Below, piece after piece: positions 21,287-32,715 of a DNA stretch of 64,000 bases. The notes under the pieces are model-generated. The model was not told the origin of the DNA. It worked only from the letters and a program-made list of their open reading frames with translations, and did not search any database. This DNA comes from an uncultured cyanobacterium. GTDB lineage: Bacteria; Cyanobacteriota; Cyanobacteriia; Cyanobacteriales; Microcystaceae. Each line of letters begins with the position of its first letter. Within the stretch, counting starts at the first letter, position 1. Location of the stretch: the NCBI GenBank assembly GCA_963807635.1, contig CAWEDJ010000031.1, positions 31,032 through 95,031 on the forward strand, read 5' to 3'. The position numbers and the translations under genes were made by a program.

Positions 21287-22286
21287 ATGTCTCAATCTCA
21301 AAATACAATTTTAGTCACAGGGGGAGCGGGCTATATTGGGGCCCATGCGGTTCTCGCTCTCCAAAAGGCGGGCTACCAGGTCATTGTTCTCGACAACCTT
21401 TCCTACGGCCATCCTGAATTAATCCAAGACCGATTGCAAGCTGAACTTCTTGTTGCCGACATCAGCGATCGCGCTTTTTTAGATAATTTATTTGCCACTC
21501 GCCAAATTGATGCAGTCATGCACTTTGCCGCGTTCATTGCCGTTGGCGAATCCGTCCAAGAACCCGCCAAATATTACCGTAATAACGTGGTTGGTACTCT
21601 TACGCTACTGGAAGCGATGATTGCGGCGAATATCAAAAAATTTGTCTTTTCTTCCACCTGTGCCGTCTATGGAATGCCCAAGGAAGTTCCCATGACGGAA
21701 AACCATCCCATCCAGCCCCTCAGTCCCTACGCGGCGAGCTAAACGGGTTGTCGAACAAATGTTAGCTGATTTTGATCATGCCTACGGACTAAAATCCGTT
21801 ATTTTCCGTTATTTTAATGCGTCAGGAGCCGAGCCTGATGGTTTATTAGGGGAAGACCACGATCCCGAAACCCATTTAATTCCCCTGGCATTATTAACAA
21901 CCTTGAAAAAACGGGAATTTTTGTCAATTTTTGGCACAGATTACGATACTCCCGATGGAACGGCTGTACGGGACTATATTCATATTTGTGACCTCGCCGA
22001 TGCTCACATTTTAGGATTGGAATATTTATTGCAAGGCGGAGAAAGTAATCTGTTTAATCTAGGCAATGGCAATGGTTTCTCCGTTCGAGACGTGATTGAA
22101 ACCACAAAAAAAGTGACTGGACTTCCCCTACCCGTCAAAGAAGGCGATCGCCGAGCGGGAGACGCGCCCATTTTAGTTGGCAGTAGTGAAAAAGCCCAAA
22201 AAATCTTGGACTGGCAACCCCAATACGCCGATTTAGAGAAAATCATCATCCACGCCTGGCAATGGCATCAACAGCGTCACCGCTAA
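21287..22286 (+). CDS. galE: UDP-glucose 4-epimerase; frameshift near 21740
   Basis: TGGAGYIG, HFAA, YAASK, RYFNA, RDYIH. Confidence 0.93.
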
Positions 22287-22547
22287 TCATCCCACATTCA
22301 TCACTTCTGAACATATCTTTTTATTTCTTAACCCATTCAAAAGCCTTTTCACGGAGAACCTTTATTTGAGAACTTCATATTGATAAAGATTCCTAGCTAT
22401 CAGTTTTTTCTGAGAATTTTAGTTACAATTTATTACAACTAAGGATTGATCGGCAAGCGCAATTCTGTCAAAATCTTGCAGTGTAAGGGTTGCAAACGAT
22501 ATATTAGGATAACTTATCGATCAAGTGTTAAGAAGTGCTGAATGTGG

Positions 22548-22829
22548 GCTACCAAAACGAGTTTCACTGTAAGCGTTAATCTTACAGATAAGGTTTATAC
22601 TAAAATACAAAAGGTTGTTGATGGTTTCAAAAAGAATTTACGTTAGTGTCATGAATCTTTCGCGCTGGTTCAAAAACAAAAAAACGGGCCCTACTATATA
22701 AGGGTTTCAGAAAGCTTAAATCTGGAGCGCGAATAAATAAAGACACTAACGAATTTACTCATCGTTTTTGATGAATATCTTCCGAAATGGAATTACAGAG
22801 TCATTCCTCAAAACAATCAAAACGCATAA
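22548..22829 (+). mobile_element. Remnant 3' end of an ISAzo13-type transposase gene, interrupted by a MITE
   Basis: After removing the insert it reads ATKTSFTVSVNLTDKVYTKIQKVVDGFKKNLLIVFDEYLPKWNYRVIPQNNQNA*; family assignment from recall. Confidence 0.65.
22642..22750. mobile_element. 109-bp MITE with terminal inverted repeats and 8-bp target-site duplication
   Basis: GTTAGTGTC...GACACTAAC ends (imperfect IR to ~25 bp); GAATTTAC duplicated at 22634-22641 and 22751-22758. Confidence 0.85.
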
Positions 22830-22866
22830 GTTATTTATTCTTTGTTCCTTATTATATATTTTATAG

Positions 22867-23802
22867 ATGCAATCTCAGGCGATCACGTTTTTAGGAAATC
22901 TAGCAATGCTGGGGCTAATCTGGGGTTCTGGTGCATTACCCGTTAAAGCCGCAACAGTAGTGACTCTTTATGATGGAAGTTCTGGTGTAACGCCCAATCA
23001 ATACAATTCTCCCAACCCTTATCTGGGATTTACGACGATTGATCGCAATAATCCCTTCGGAACGGCGGGGACACAAACCGTTAACACTCTAAACCAGAGT
23101 ACGATACTCGCCTCCTCGACCAGTGAGAGCTTTTATAGTGGTTACTACAATTATCAAGTTTCTGTGAATGCGGGAGACTTGGTGAGCGGCGGAAGTTTCA
23201 TCCATCCGACGACTTTTATTAATAGTGCTTTTCCTGTGTTGGATCGTCAGACGGGCTACGATATCCTATTTACCGCCAAGATGGATTCCCAAACCAATAA
23301 TGGCATTAACGGCTCCCTTCGTGCGGGATTTAACTTATTGGTTTTGAGTAGTGATAAGATGGGCATTGAAATTGGTTTTCGGAATCCCAATACTAAAACG
23401 GATCCCTTTACTCCAGATATTTTTTCCCAGGATAATGGAAATTTCAATGTCATTGGTGAAATAAATAACAATGTCGGGGGAATTTTTGATAATTTCACCA
23501 GCTACAATTTACAAGTTAGGGGTGAGCAGTACAGTTTATTCGCAGGAGGGACTCTGCTCCTAAAGGGCAATTTACGAAATTATAGTGTTGCTCAAGGTTT
23601 CGGGAGCGCGGTCTATCAAACTCCAAATTTTCTTTTTTTTGGAGATAATACGACCTCGGCGGGAGGAACAACCCAGTTGCAGTCGATCAAAGTCACAGCA
23701 GTGCCTTGGGATATTTCAGGAAGTGCTACTATCTTTGGCTCTATCACAGGAATTGGTCTTGGTATAGGGTTAAAGCGATTAAAAAGTAAAAAAAACAGAT
23801 AA
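22867..23802 (+). CDS. Exported protein with PEP-CTERM-like sorting tail (VPW variant)
   Basis: Signal peptide ending VKA; tail VPWDISG + hydrophobic segment + KRLKSKKNR. Confidence 0.75.
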   Translation: MQSQAITFLGNLAMLGLIWGSGALPVKAATVVTLYDGSSGVTPNQYNSPNPYLGFTTIDRNNPFGTAGTQTVNTLNQSTILASSTSESFYSGYYNYQVSVNAGDLVSGGSFIHPTTFINSAFPVLDRQTGYDILFTAKMDSQTNNGINGSLRAGFNLLVLSSDKMGIEIGFRNPNTKTDPFTPDIFSQDNGNFNVIGEINNNVGGIFDNFTSYNLQVRGEQYSLFAGGTLLLKGNLRNYSVAQGFGSAVYQTPNFLFFGDNTTSAGGTTQLQSIKVTAVPWDISGSATIFGSITGIGLGIGLKRLKSKKNR

Positions 23803-23893
23803 TGTTCTAAGCCTGTGGATCGTATTTCTGGAAGACAGTCAGTCTATTCATTGTGACGTGTTTTATCCACAGATTCAGAACAGTACCGAAAGT

Positions 23894-23924
23894 ATTTGGA
23901 ACCTCCGGAATGGAGGTTCCAAAT
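23894..23924. terminator. Perfect 13-bp hairpin between convergent genes
   Basis: atttggaacctcc-ggaat-ggaggttccaaat. Confidence 0.6.
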
Positions 23925-23963
23925 TTATACAGAATAGGGTTTAAAGACTAAATCCCAATAAGG

Positions 23964-23990
23964 AAAAAACCCAGCAAGAATTTACTGGGT
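23964..23990 (-). terminator. Rho-independent terminator of the ribosomal operon
   Basis: Minus strand acccagtaa-attc-ttgctgggt followed by T run, just after rpmE. Confidence 0.65.
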
Positions 23991-24017
23991 AAAATAAAAT
24001 TCAAAGTTTTAACGGAT

Positions 24018-24253
24018 TTAACTTTCAGCAGTCGCTTCAGTCTTTTTATCCAACTTTTGATATTTCCGCATGAAGCGATCAACGCGCCTTCCGTATCCAT
24101 GATTTTTTGGGTTCCCGTATAAAAGGGATGATTGCCCGACCAAACTTCCACAGAAATTTCGGGTTGGGTCGAACCAACGGTCATAACCAGTTCACCATTA
24201 CAATAAACTTTGGCATCAGGATACCAAGTGGGATGAATTTCAGCTTTTGGCAT
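24018..24253 (-). CDS. rpmE: 50S ribosomal protein L31; frameshift near 24085
   Basis: MPKAEIHP...HPFYTG...; VDRFMRKY continues in the shifted frame. Confidence 0.93.
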
Positions 24254-24265
24254 AGGATGTGTCCT

Positions 24266-24676
24266 CTATCGTTTCGAGTATTGGGGAGCTTTACGGGCTT
24301 TATGTAAACCGTATTTTTTCCGTTCTTTAGCACGGGGATCGCGAGTCAAATAACCTTCTGCTTTGAGGGGCTGACGATTTTCAGGAGCCAACTGACAAAG
24401 CGCACGGGCAACACCGAGTTTCACCGCATCAGATTGTCCTGTTAAACCACCGCCATGAGCATTGACGAGAATGTTGTACTCATTTTCTAAACCGAGGGTT
24501 TCCAAAGGAGCTTTGACACTTTGGGTATAGTTAGCGATTCGGTTAAAGTAATCACTTCCCTCTTTCCCATTGACAATCACTTCTCCCGTACCAGGCACGA
24601 GACGGACTCTGGCGATCGCCTGTTTACGACGACCTGTTCCCCAATAAACGACTTTTTTAGAATCAGTAGCTTGCAT
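24266..24676 (-). CDS. rpsI: 30S ribosomal protein S9
   Basis: GTGRRK...[10 protein letters not shown]. Confidence 0.98.
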   Translation of the reverse strand: MQATDSKKVVYWGTGRRKQAIARVRLVPGTGEVIVNGKEGSDYFNRIANYTQSVKAPLETLGLENEYNILVNAHGGGLTGQSDAVKLGVARALCQLAPENRQPLKAEGYLTRDPRAKERKKYGLHKARKAPQYSKR

Positions 24677-25131
24677 TATTTACCTCCAACAGGGATAGTA
24701 TTGACCGTCAGCACTTCGGGTTGTTGAGCGGCGTGGGGATGGGAAGGGCCTGCATAAACCTTAAGTTTAGTGAACAGTTGTCTGCCCAAAGAATTTTTCG
24801 GTAACATTCCTTTAACGGCGGTTTCAAGAATTCTTTCAGGAAGCCGCGCCTGGAGTTTGCCAAAGGTTTCTATCTTCATTCCACCAGGTCTGCCAGAATG
24901 ACGACGATAGAGCTTTTGATCCCGTTTTTTGCCCGTTACCGCAATTTTTTCTGCGTTGATGACAACAACGAAATCACCCGTATCCATATGGGGAGTAAAC
25001 GTCGGCTTATTTTTGCCTCGGAGAATCGTTGCGATTTCCGTCGCTAAACGACCTAAACGTTGATCAGCCGCATCGATCACATACCATTTGTGGTCAAGGG
25101 TTGCGGCGGTAGGAAGAATGGTTTTGTTCAT
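24676..25131 (-). CDS. rplM: 50S ribosomal protein L13
   Basis: LGRLA...[15 protein letters not shown]. Confidence 0.98.
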   Translation of the reverse strand: MNKTILPTAATLDHKWYVIDAADQRLGRLATEIATILRGKNKPTFTPHMDTGDFVVVINAEKIAVTGKKRDQKLYRRHSGRPGGMKIETFGKLQARLPERILETAVKGMLPKNSLGRQLFTKLKVYAGPSHPHAAQQPEVLTVNTIPVGGK

Positions 25132-26023
25132 AAGATTACATTTTGGATTTTAGATGGGGGCGTATCTGCTAGAAAAGATAGCCCTATATTCTCTCTTGTT
25201 ATTCCCTGAAACATAAAAAGAGGTTGGGTATCAAACCAAACGGATGGGGGAAAAGGAAACTCTGGATAGCCCACTCGCAAAAGACATAGGCCTTTAGCGG
25301 GAGCAGAGTATTTCACCGCTTCTCGACGTTGATTTACCCAAATATCCGTAAAGTCATCCAGGGAAAGCTGTCCTCTACCGACTTCGACTAACATCCCAAC
25401 TAACAGCCGAACCATGCCGTACAAAAAGCCATTCGCTTGAATTTCTATCATAAGACAGGAATCATTGCGATAACATTCTGCGGACTGGACTTCAACCCAG
25501 GAGTGGGAACGATCAGAACCCGCCCGATGGAAAGCCGCTAAATGGTGTTTGCCAATGAGAGGAGCAAGAGCCGCTTGTATTAGAGATTCTTTTAGAGGAG
25601 CGTGATAATAGTGCCAACTAAACGGTTTAATAAATAAATTTGGCCGTTTGTCGGTATAAATGGTGTAACGATACCGTCGCCAGAGAGCCGAAAAGCGGGC
25701 GTGCCAAGGGGATGAAACCTGGGCTGAACCTCGAATTAAAATATCGTCGGGTAAACGACTATTTAAGACCTGCGCCCAGCGATCGCCTGGAATAGAACTA
25801 CTGTGTTCAAAATGGGCAACTTGCGCCGCCGCATGAACTCCGCTATCCGTTCGTCCCGCACCATGTAACGTCACAGGATGATCAAGGATTTCCGCGATCG
25901 CATTTTCGATTGTTTCTTGGACAGTACGGTACTGGGATTGTCGTTGCCAACCATGAAAATGAGTGCCTAAGTATTGAATGACTAGAGCAACCCTTTTTTT
26001 TCTGGCAATGACGCTTCACCCAT
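25128..26023 (-). CDS. truA: tRNA pseudouridine(38-40) synthase; frameshift in the poly-T near 26000
   Basis: [10 protein letters not shown] upstream, [17 protein letters not shown]. Confidence 0.93.
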
Positions 26024-26027
26024 GACC

Positions 26028-26378
26028 TTACACTAATTCGATAATGGCCATTTCCGCATTATCACCCCGACGACGCAGGGTTCTGACCACACGGGTATAG
26101 CCACCGTTACGGTCTTTATAGCGATCAGGAGCATCCGCAAAAAGCGAGTGAACCAGGCTCTTATCATAGATATAACCCAAGGCCCGCCGTCTAGAAGACA
26201 AAGAGCCTTCTTTCGCTAGAGTGATCATGTGATCCACTTCACCGCGAACCGCTTTTGCTCTAGCTTTGGTCGTTTTGATTTGTCCATTCCGCAACAAAGC
26301 CGTAGCCAGCGATCGCAATAACGCTTTTCGTTGATCGGCTGGTTTGCCCAAATGGGGGACGCGACACCGATGACGCAT
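26028..26378 (-). CDS. rplQ: 50S ribosomal protein L17
   Basis: MRHR...GGYTR. Confidence 0.97.
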   Translation of the reverse strand: MRHRCRVPHLGKPADQRKALLRSLATALLRNGQIKTTKARAKAVRGEVDHMITLAKEGSLSSRRRALGYIYDKSLVHSLFADAPDRYKDRNGGYTRVVRTLRRRGDNAEMAIIELV

Positions 26379-26463
26379 TTTCCATTCCTCCAAACTTAAT
26401 TTAGTTAAAATTAGTAGTTGATAGCTAATAGTTAATGACTAAACACTATTGACTATCCACTCA

Positions 26464-27408
26464 TTATGGTTTCGCTTTTTCCTGGGGGAGGGTAATCCCT
26501 AAGCGTTTTTGCAATGCTTCAATCACTTCCTCAGCAGATTTTTGTCCGAAGTTTTTGATTTCCAAAAGATCTTCCTGACTATAATCTAAGAGATCCGCCA
26601 CCGAATTAATTTGCGCCCGTTTTAAACAGTTATAAGCCCGAACCGAAAGTTGTAATTCTTCAATGGGAATTTGACTTTCAGGATTAATTTCGTCTTGATA
26701 ATCTGCCTGGCTTGTTTCAAGCTCATTTAGATCTCTCAGAGGATTAAAGAGATCAGCAATAATCTCTGAAGCCTCCGAAAGAGCCTCCTTGGGATTAATA
26801 CTGCCATTTGTCCAAATTTCCAAGGTTAGACGGTCTTTAACAGCCGACCCATCAGGGCGAATATCTTCAACACCGTAATTCACCTTAGTGACTGGCATAA
26901 AAACGGAATCGATTTGCAAAAAGTCAAGGGACGACGTATCATCCTTACTCCGCTCAATCGCCCGATAACCAGCACCCCGCTCAACTCGAAATTCCATCTC
27001 CAGCTTTGCCCCTTCCGCTAAGGTTGCGACATACTGGTTGGGATCGATAACTTCGATTTCAGACGGAACATCAAATTGAGCAGCCGTAACGGTCGCTGGG
27101 CCAATTGCAAGCAAACGACCAATTTGGGTTTGGTCACTATAGCTCTTGAGAATGATTTCCTTCATGTTGAGCATGATTTCTAAAACATCCTCGCGTACCC
27201 CTGGAATGGTGGCAAATTCATGATTGACTCCCGCAACGCGGATAGCCGTCACAGCCGCCCCTTCCAAATTAGAAAGCATTACCCTTCTTAGGGCATTGCC
27301 GACAGTTGTTCCTTGCCCTCGATCCAATGGCTCCAGAACAAATTTACTATATTGACTTTGATTTTTCTGAGTCTTAGACTCAACGCACTCAATTTGAAAC
27401 TGCGCCAC
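26464..27408 (-). CDS. rpoA: RNA polymerase alpha subunit
   Basis: EPLDRGQGTTVGNALRR; LSVRAYNCLKRA. Confidence 0.99.
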   Translation of the reverse strand: MAQFQIECVESKTQKNQSQYSKFVLEPLDRGQGTTVGNALRRVMLSNLEGAAVTAIRVAGVNHEFATIPGVREDVLEIMLNMKEIILKSYSDQTQIGRLLAIGPATVTAAQFDVPSEIEVIDPNQYVATLAEGAKLEMEFRVERGAGYRAIERSKDDTSSLDFLQIDSVFMPVTKVNYGVEDIRPDGSAVKDRLTLEIWTNGSINPKEALSEASEIIADLFNPLRDLNELETSQADYQDEINPESQIPIEELQLSVRAYNCLKRAQINSVADLLDYSQEDLLEIKNFGQKSAEEVIEALQKRLGITLPQEKAKP

Positions 27409-27530
27409 GCTAGTGACCTCCCTGCTCTTGACCTTCCGTAACCCTTTATTGCTATCTATATTTGTAGTTTGCTGTCAGGTTAATTCCCGTGATCGTGAGT
27501 AACACTAAGAATTTTTCCTGCCAATCTTCA

Positions 27531-27923
27531 CTACACTCTCCGCCGTTTGGGAGGACGACAACCGTTATGGGGAATGGGAGTGACATCCCGAATCAGAGTA
27601 ATCTCTAGTCCCGCACCCTGAAGCGCGCGAATGGCAGTTTCTCGACCAGCACCGGGGCCTGTCACGAGAACTTCTAACTGTCTCATTCCTTGTTCAATTG
27701 CTCGACGACCAGCGTTATCCGCCGCCGTTTGGGCCGCATAGGGAGTTCCCTTCTTAGCTCCTTTAAAGCCACTTGAACCCGCCGATGCCCAGGAAATTAC
27801 GTCTCCTTTGGTATCAGAGATGGTGACAATTGTATTGTTGAATGTAGATTGGATGTGAGCAACACCGCTAGGAACATTTTTCTTTTGTTTCTTCGGTCCG
27901 CTTTTTTTGGTTGGTCGCGCCAT
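27531..27923 (-). CDS. rpsK: 30S ribosomal protein S11
   Basis: STFNNTI...[13 protein letters not shown]. Confidence 0.99.
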   Translation of the reverse strand: MARPTKKSGPKKQKKNVPSGVAHIQSTFNNTIVTISDTKGDVISWASAGSSGFKGAKKGTPYAAQTAADNAGRRAIEQGMRQLEVLVTGPGAGRETAIRALQGAGLEITLIRDVTPIPHNGCRPPKRRRV

Positions 27924-27971
27924 AGTGGTTGCTTAAACTCTCTGCTTAACTCAATTGCATTAGAAATAGGA

Positions 27972-28355
27972 TTATTTCTTGGATGGGGCTTTTTTCTTAC
28001 CAGCGACGGTAACCCGACGACCCCGACGGGTACGAGCATTGGTTCGAGTCCGTTGACCCCGTACAGGTAGTCCCATACGATGACGACGACCCCGATACGT
28101 TCCAATATCGACCAAACGCTTGATGTTCATTGCTTCCCAACGGCGCAAATCCCCTTCAATTTCGTAATTGGTATCGATGTAGGTACGCAGAGCGGCGGCA
28201 TCTTCGTCGGTCAAGTCCTTAACTCTGGTATCAGGATTTACGCCTGTCCCAGCTAAGATTTTGTGAGATCGCGATAGACCGATACCATAGAGATAGGTTA
28301 GTGCGATTTCCACACGCTTATCTCTGGGCAGGTCAACACCGGCTATTCTCGCCAC
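27972..28355 (-). CDS. rpsM: 30S ribosomal protein S13
   Basis: ARIAGVDLP...[12 protein letters not shown]. Confidence 0.99.
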   Translation of the reverse strand: MARIAGVDLPRDKRVEIALTYLYGIGLSRSHKILAGTGVNPDTRVKDLTDEDAAALRTYIDTNYEIEGDLRRWEAMNIKRLVDIGTYRGRRHRMGLPVRGQRTRTNARTRRGRRVTVAGKKKAPSKK

Positions 28356-28433
28356 GTTGTTTCTCCCTCTGTATGATTGATAGTGTTTCTTGATTTACGA
28401 TTGGTTTCGTTTCATGGAATGATTAACTGACTT

Positions 28434-28547
28434 CTAACCCTGACGTTGCTTGTGTTTGGGGTTTGAACAAATCACCATTACTCTGCCGCGTCGTCGGATG
28501 ACACGACATTTATCACACATTTTCTTTACGGATGCTCTAACTTTCAT
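28434..28547 (-). CDS. rpmJ: 50S ribosomal protein L36 (not in the ORF track)
   Basis: Manual translation [37 protein letters not shown]. Confidence 0.97.
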   Translation of the reverse strand: MKVRASVKKMCDKCRVIRRRGRVMVICSNPKHKQRQG

Positions 28548-28580
28548 GCCTATATTTTTGGGCAGTACTGCAAGCTTACT

Positions 28581-28609
28581 ATTATAACAATATTGTAGGA
28601 CACTGTCAG
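28581..28609 (-). promoter_or_regulatory. Putative internal sigma70-type promoter for rpmJ-rpsM-rpsK-rpoA
   Basis: Minus strand CTGACA-17 nt-TATAAT, 34 nt upstream of rpmJ. Confidence 0.6.
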
Positions 28610-28671
28610 CATTTTTTTTTGCTAAAGTTTAAACATAATGTTTTTGATAAGTTTTTTTAACTGCCGAAAGG

Positions 28672-28900
28672 TTATTTTTTGTTTTTAAGACGGTACGTGA
28701 TTCGACCTTTGGTAAGATCGTAGGGGGTCAATTCTACTTTGACGCGATCGCCAGGCAGAATTTTGATATAGTTTCGCCGAATTTTGCCAGAAATATCGGG
28801 CTAAAACATTAAAACCATTATCTAGGTCAACGCGAAACATCGCATTGGGAAGGGATTCCGTTACGGTTCCTTCCATTTCAATTAGGTCTTGTTTGGACAA
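28672..28900 (-). CDS. infA: Translation initiation factor IF-1; one-base insertion near 28797
   Basis: [23 protein letters not shown]...; [16 protein letters not shown]...ITYRLKNKK* in the shifted frame. Confidence 0.95.
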
Positions 28901-29018
28901 GTGGTTGACGACCTCCTGATAAAAATAAATCTAAAGACGCAACAAACACAGACAGCTTTTTTAGCGGCCCTTTGTTATCTTAACAAACTTTGAGCGAATC
29001 CTGCGGAATTTGTTGGTA

Positions 29019-29422
29019 TTAAATTTGTTGTCCGACCCAATTCACAATAACCTGAACATCTTCAATTAATTGTTGAACTTGTTGGGGAGAGACTTCATCT
29101 TCGGGAATTTTAATCTGTCCATCCACTTCTCTGGGATAAAGTAACCGATTTCTTAAAGAACCAATTTCCACATTCAATTGAGCTATTTTGTCTGTAATTT
29201 CATTGTTGCCGATAGTTTCAGCACAACTCCAAAAAGTTTTAAGTTTTACTTGGTGCGTTACTTTTGGGCCATGTTTTTTAGATTTCGATGTAGCCAGAGC
29301 AGACGCAGCGACTCATAGGCGTGGTAGCAACAAAAAGTAGCCATTTCGTATATTTGAACATCTAGTAGGACTCTCGCCGCCGTTAGGCTTCTTCTTGCCA
29401 CTCTTTGATATTCATCTTTCAT
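29019..29422 (-). CDS. HEPN-domain protein (~134 aa), missed by the ORF track; frameshift near 29310
   Basis: MKDEYQRVARRSLTAARVLLDVQIYEMATFCCYHAYES / AASAL...VTHQ...LRNRLLYP...LIEDVQVIVNWVGQQI*: HEPN helix pattern with Rx4Y motif. Confidence 0.75.
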
Positions 29423-29424
29423 TT

Positions 29425-29870
29425 CTACTTACCATAAGCGGAATAGAGAATACAACCAGAACTACTTAGTGGGGCCTTAATTTCTCCAGAGAAACGATGA
29501 AAATCCTGAAGCATCGTAGTAGGCAAAGGATCAATCAGTGTGAGAATTTTTGTTTCACGATAACTAGGAGCAATGATTTTTGAAAGTTTTTCTATAGCGG
29601 CAAAAGTATTATCTTTATTAAAAAAAGTATAAAAGGTAATTGAATCAGGCTTATAACGTCTAGTCCAGGGTTCGTTAACCAGTTTCTGACCAGGAGCTAC
29701 AGCAATAACCAAGGAGATATTATCAGGGTGAGTTTGTTGTAATGCTTCTTTCGCGACAATAAAAATTTTTCTACTGAACGGTTGCCAAAGGTTGGTTTTT
29801 TGTTCTCCTCTAGCAAACTATAGGGAATAATTTGGGTAATAGAAATGGGTGAAACAGTCGCGATCGCCAT
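29425..29870 (-). CDS. Hypothetical ~148-aa protein, divergent minimal-nucleotidyltransferase (MNT)-like partner; frameshift near 29805
   Basis: Ends 2 nt before the HEPN start; C-terminal GCILY resembles the MNT G.xLY tail; GS and DxD motifs are not present. Confidence 0.5.
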
Positions 29871-29971
29871 GTATTCTTCCCCTGGATATTTTTTTAACGC
29901 CTGGATCTTAATGATAGAGAAGAAGAAAAGTGAAGTGTTATCTTAATAACTTCCTCTCTACTTAACATTTT

Positions 29972-30529
29972 CTACGCAGTAACTAAATCTTGCAAGATAC
30001 TTCCGACTTCTTCAGGAGATTGATCACCGTTGATGGAATAGAGTTTACCTTGGTCTTGATAGTAACCGACTAGGGGAGCGGTTTGCCATTGATAAACAAC
30101 AAGACGATTGCGAATGGTTTCTTCGTTATCATCTTGTCGCCCCCGAAGTAATAAACGGTTTACAAGAATATCGTCTGGTACATTCAAATTAATCACCCAT
30201 TTAGCTCGATGGTCGATAGCCACAAGTAGTTGGTCTAAAAATTCTGCCTGGGCGACATTACGGGGAAAACCATCGAGAATCCAACCATTTTTAGTGTCAT
30301 CCTGCGATAATCGCTCTCGAATTAAATCTAAAATTAAATCATCGGGAACTAGCTCTCCCTTATCCATATAGGATTGAGCTTGTTCTCCTAAGGGTGTTTT
30401 ATCCGCGATCGCCTGTCTGAGCATATCGCCTGTGGAAATGTGGGGAACTTGGAGATTTTTGGCTAAAACTTGACCTTGAGTTCCTTTACCCGATCCTGGT
30501 GGCCCTAAAAAAATCAATCCGTTTTTCAT
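29972..30529 (-). CDS. adk: Adenylate kinase (short-LID type)
   Basis: GPPGSGKGTQ, HISTGDMLR, LDGFPR. Confidence 0.98.
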   Translation of the reverse strand: MKNGLIFLGPPGSGKGTQGQVLAKNLQVPHISTGDMLRQAIADKTPLGEQAQSYMDKGELVPDDLILDLIRERLSQDDTKNGWILDGFPRNVAQAEFLDQLLVAIDHRAKWVINLNVPDDILVNRLLLRGRQDDNEETIRNRLVVYQWQTAPLVGYYQDQGKLYSINGDQSPEEVGSILQDLVTA

Positions 30530-30625
30530 GGTAATAATAAGTTTTTTTGAATGAAAAAGTCTGTTTAACAAGAATAGAGACGCTTTTTGGAAACGCCTCT
30601 ATTACAAGGGAAAAATTTGGGAAAA

Positions 30626-31956
30626 TTAATCCTGTTTGATCATGCCTTCATAACGTTGAGAGATGACGTAGGTTTGAATTTGTTTGGCGGTATCGATCGC
30701 AACCCCTACTAAAATTAATAAGGATGTCGCGCCTAAACCTCGAAAAGTCGTTACACCCGTGGCATTTTCTACAAACACAGGAATGATCGCAACTGCACTG
30801 AGAAAAATCGCGCCTAAAAAGGTAAGTCGATTGAGAACTCCTTCTAAGTATTCTTCTGTCTTTTTCCCTGGTCTGATGCCTGGGATGCTAGAACCCATTT
30901 TTTTAAGATTTTTAGAAATATCTTCGGGATTGACAATCAAAGAAGCGTAAAAATAGCTAAAGAAGAAAATTAAGACAGAATACACGATGGTATAAGTCCA
31001 GGTTCCAGGTTGCAAAGAATTAGCAATTTGCACAAAAACCTGTCCAACGGAACTCAAATCCTTATTATTGCTTAAAAATCCTGCTAAAGAAGAGGGGAGA
31101 ATTAACACTGCCGAGGCAAAAATGATCGGCATTACTCCACCCTGATTTAAGCGCAGGGGTAAGTAACTAGTTCTTTCTCGATAAAGCCGTTTACCGACTT
31201 GACGACGGGCTGAAATAATGGGGATTCGCCGAGTTCCTTCTTGCACAAAGACAATACTGACGATCATCGCCAGGAAAACTGAGGAGCAAAATCACGACCT
31301 GGGCGATCGCTTCTCGTCCTCCTGTTTGGGCATAGTCAATGGTATTTCCCAAGGTTTTGGGTAAAGTTGCCACAATATTGACAAAAATCAACAAAGAAGC
31401 CCCATTTCCAATCCCTCTTTCTGTAATTAATTCAGAAATCCACATGACAAAAAGTGAACCCGCCGTTAATGCCAAAGACGTTTGGACAATAAAAACGGGG
31501 CCATTAAGTAGGAGCGTAGGGACGGAGTAAACCAACCGTTAAACCAATACTTTGGATAATGGCCCAGCCTACTGCGACATAACGGGTATATTGGGAGATT
31601 TTGCGACGACCCGCTTCACCTTCATTTTTTTGTAAATCTTCTAGGGCTGGAACCGCCGCCGTCAATAACTGTAAAATAATAGAGGCATTAATATAGGGAA
31701 GAATGCCCAGGGCAAAAATCCCAATCGTTGAGATCCCTCCCCCAGTAAAAATGTCTAGAAATCCCAGGACGGGGCTATTGCTAATGGCTGCCGTAAAAGC
31801 TTGGCGATCAATGCCTGGAATCGGAATAAAAATACCCAGGCGTACCAAAATTAATAGCGCAATCGTAATCAGCAACCGACCTCGGAGGCCAGCCGCTTGA
31901 GCCATCTGTAAAAAAGTTTCCTGGGCTGAAGGGGTTTTATCTCGACTAACGACCAT
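30626..31956 (-). CDS. secY: Preprotein translocase SecY; two frameshifts (~31510, ~31275)
   Basis: ALGILPYINASII, GIGNGASLLIF, GVMPIIFAS, IPGIRPG. Confidence 0.97.
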
Positions 31957-32151
31957 AATTTAGTTATCGGTGATTAATTATTAGTGATTAGTTATTAGTG
32001 TATCAGCTACAATCAGTTCGGAAATTTTAAGGAAAAAAGATCTCAACCGAGTAAAGGCAGTTGGCGATCGCCTAATACACAGTTTTCGCGTTGGTAAAAT
32101 CAATTAAAATGATGATTTATCAATTAATAGAGTGAATTTTCAAACACTCTA

Positions 32152-32601
32152 CTACTCTTGACTAATCACCACAGAACCACCAGCCGATTCGATTTTTTCC
32201 TTAGCACCCTTAGTAAAGGCCGCCGCTTTTACAGTTAAAGCAACAGTCAATTCTCCGTCGCCCAGAATTTTTAAGGAGCCATCATTACTGGTGACAATTC
32301 CTGCTTCCATCAAACTCGCGAGAGTAACTTCTGTTTTAGCAGGCAGACCATTCAAACGACCAACATTAATAATGGTGTACTGTCTCTGATTAATTAACGG
32401 AAAGTGTTTGAGCTTGGGTAAACGACGGTAAAGAGGCATTTGTCCCCCTTCAAAACCGGGACGAGTAGGACGACCTGAACGGGATTTTTGTCCCCGCATT
32501 CCAAAGCCACAACTTGCGCCCTGACCTGCGGCAATACCCCGCCCGACTCGACGGCGACGTTTGGTTGACCCCTCTTTAGGAGAAAGTTCGTCTAATCGCA
32601 T
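32152..32601 (-). CDS. rplO: 50S ribosomal protein L15
   Basis: [15 protein letters not shown]. Confidence 0.98.
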   Translation of the reverse strand: MRLDELSPKEGSTKRRRRVGRGIAAGQGASCGFGMRGQKSRSGRPTRPGFEGGQMPLYRRLPKLKHFPLINQRQYTIINVGRLNGLPAKTEVTLASLMEAGIVTSNDGSLKILGDGELTVALTVKAAAFTKGAKEKIESAGGSVVISQE

Positions 32602-32715
32602 AATCTTTAATTTCTCAGTAAATGAATTTGGTTTAAATAATCAAAAATCTAGCAAAAGCCAGAAGCGTAACGTCACGATTCGCTACGATTAAGCCTCTAA
32701 GCTGAGAGTTTTGAC

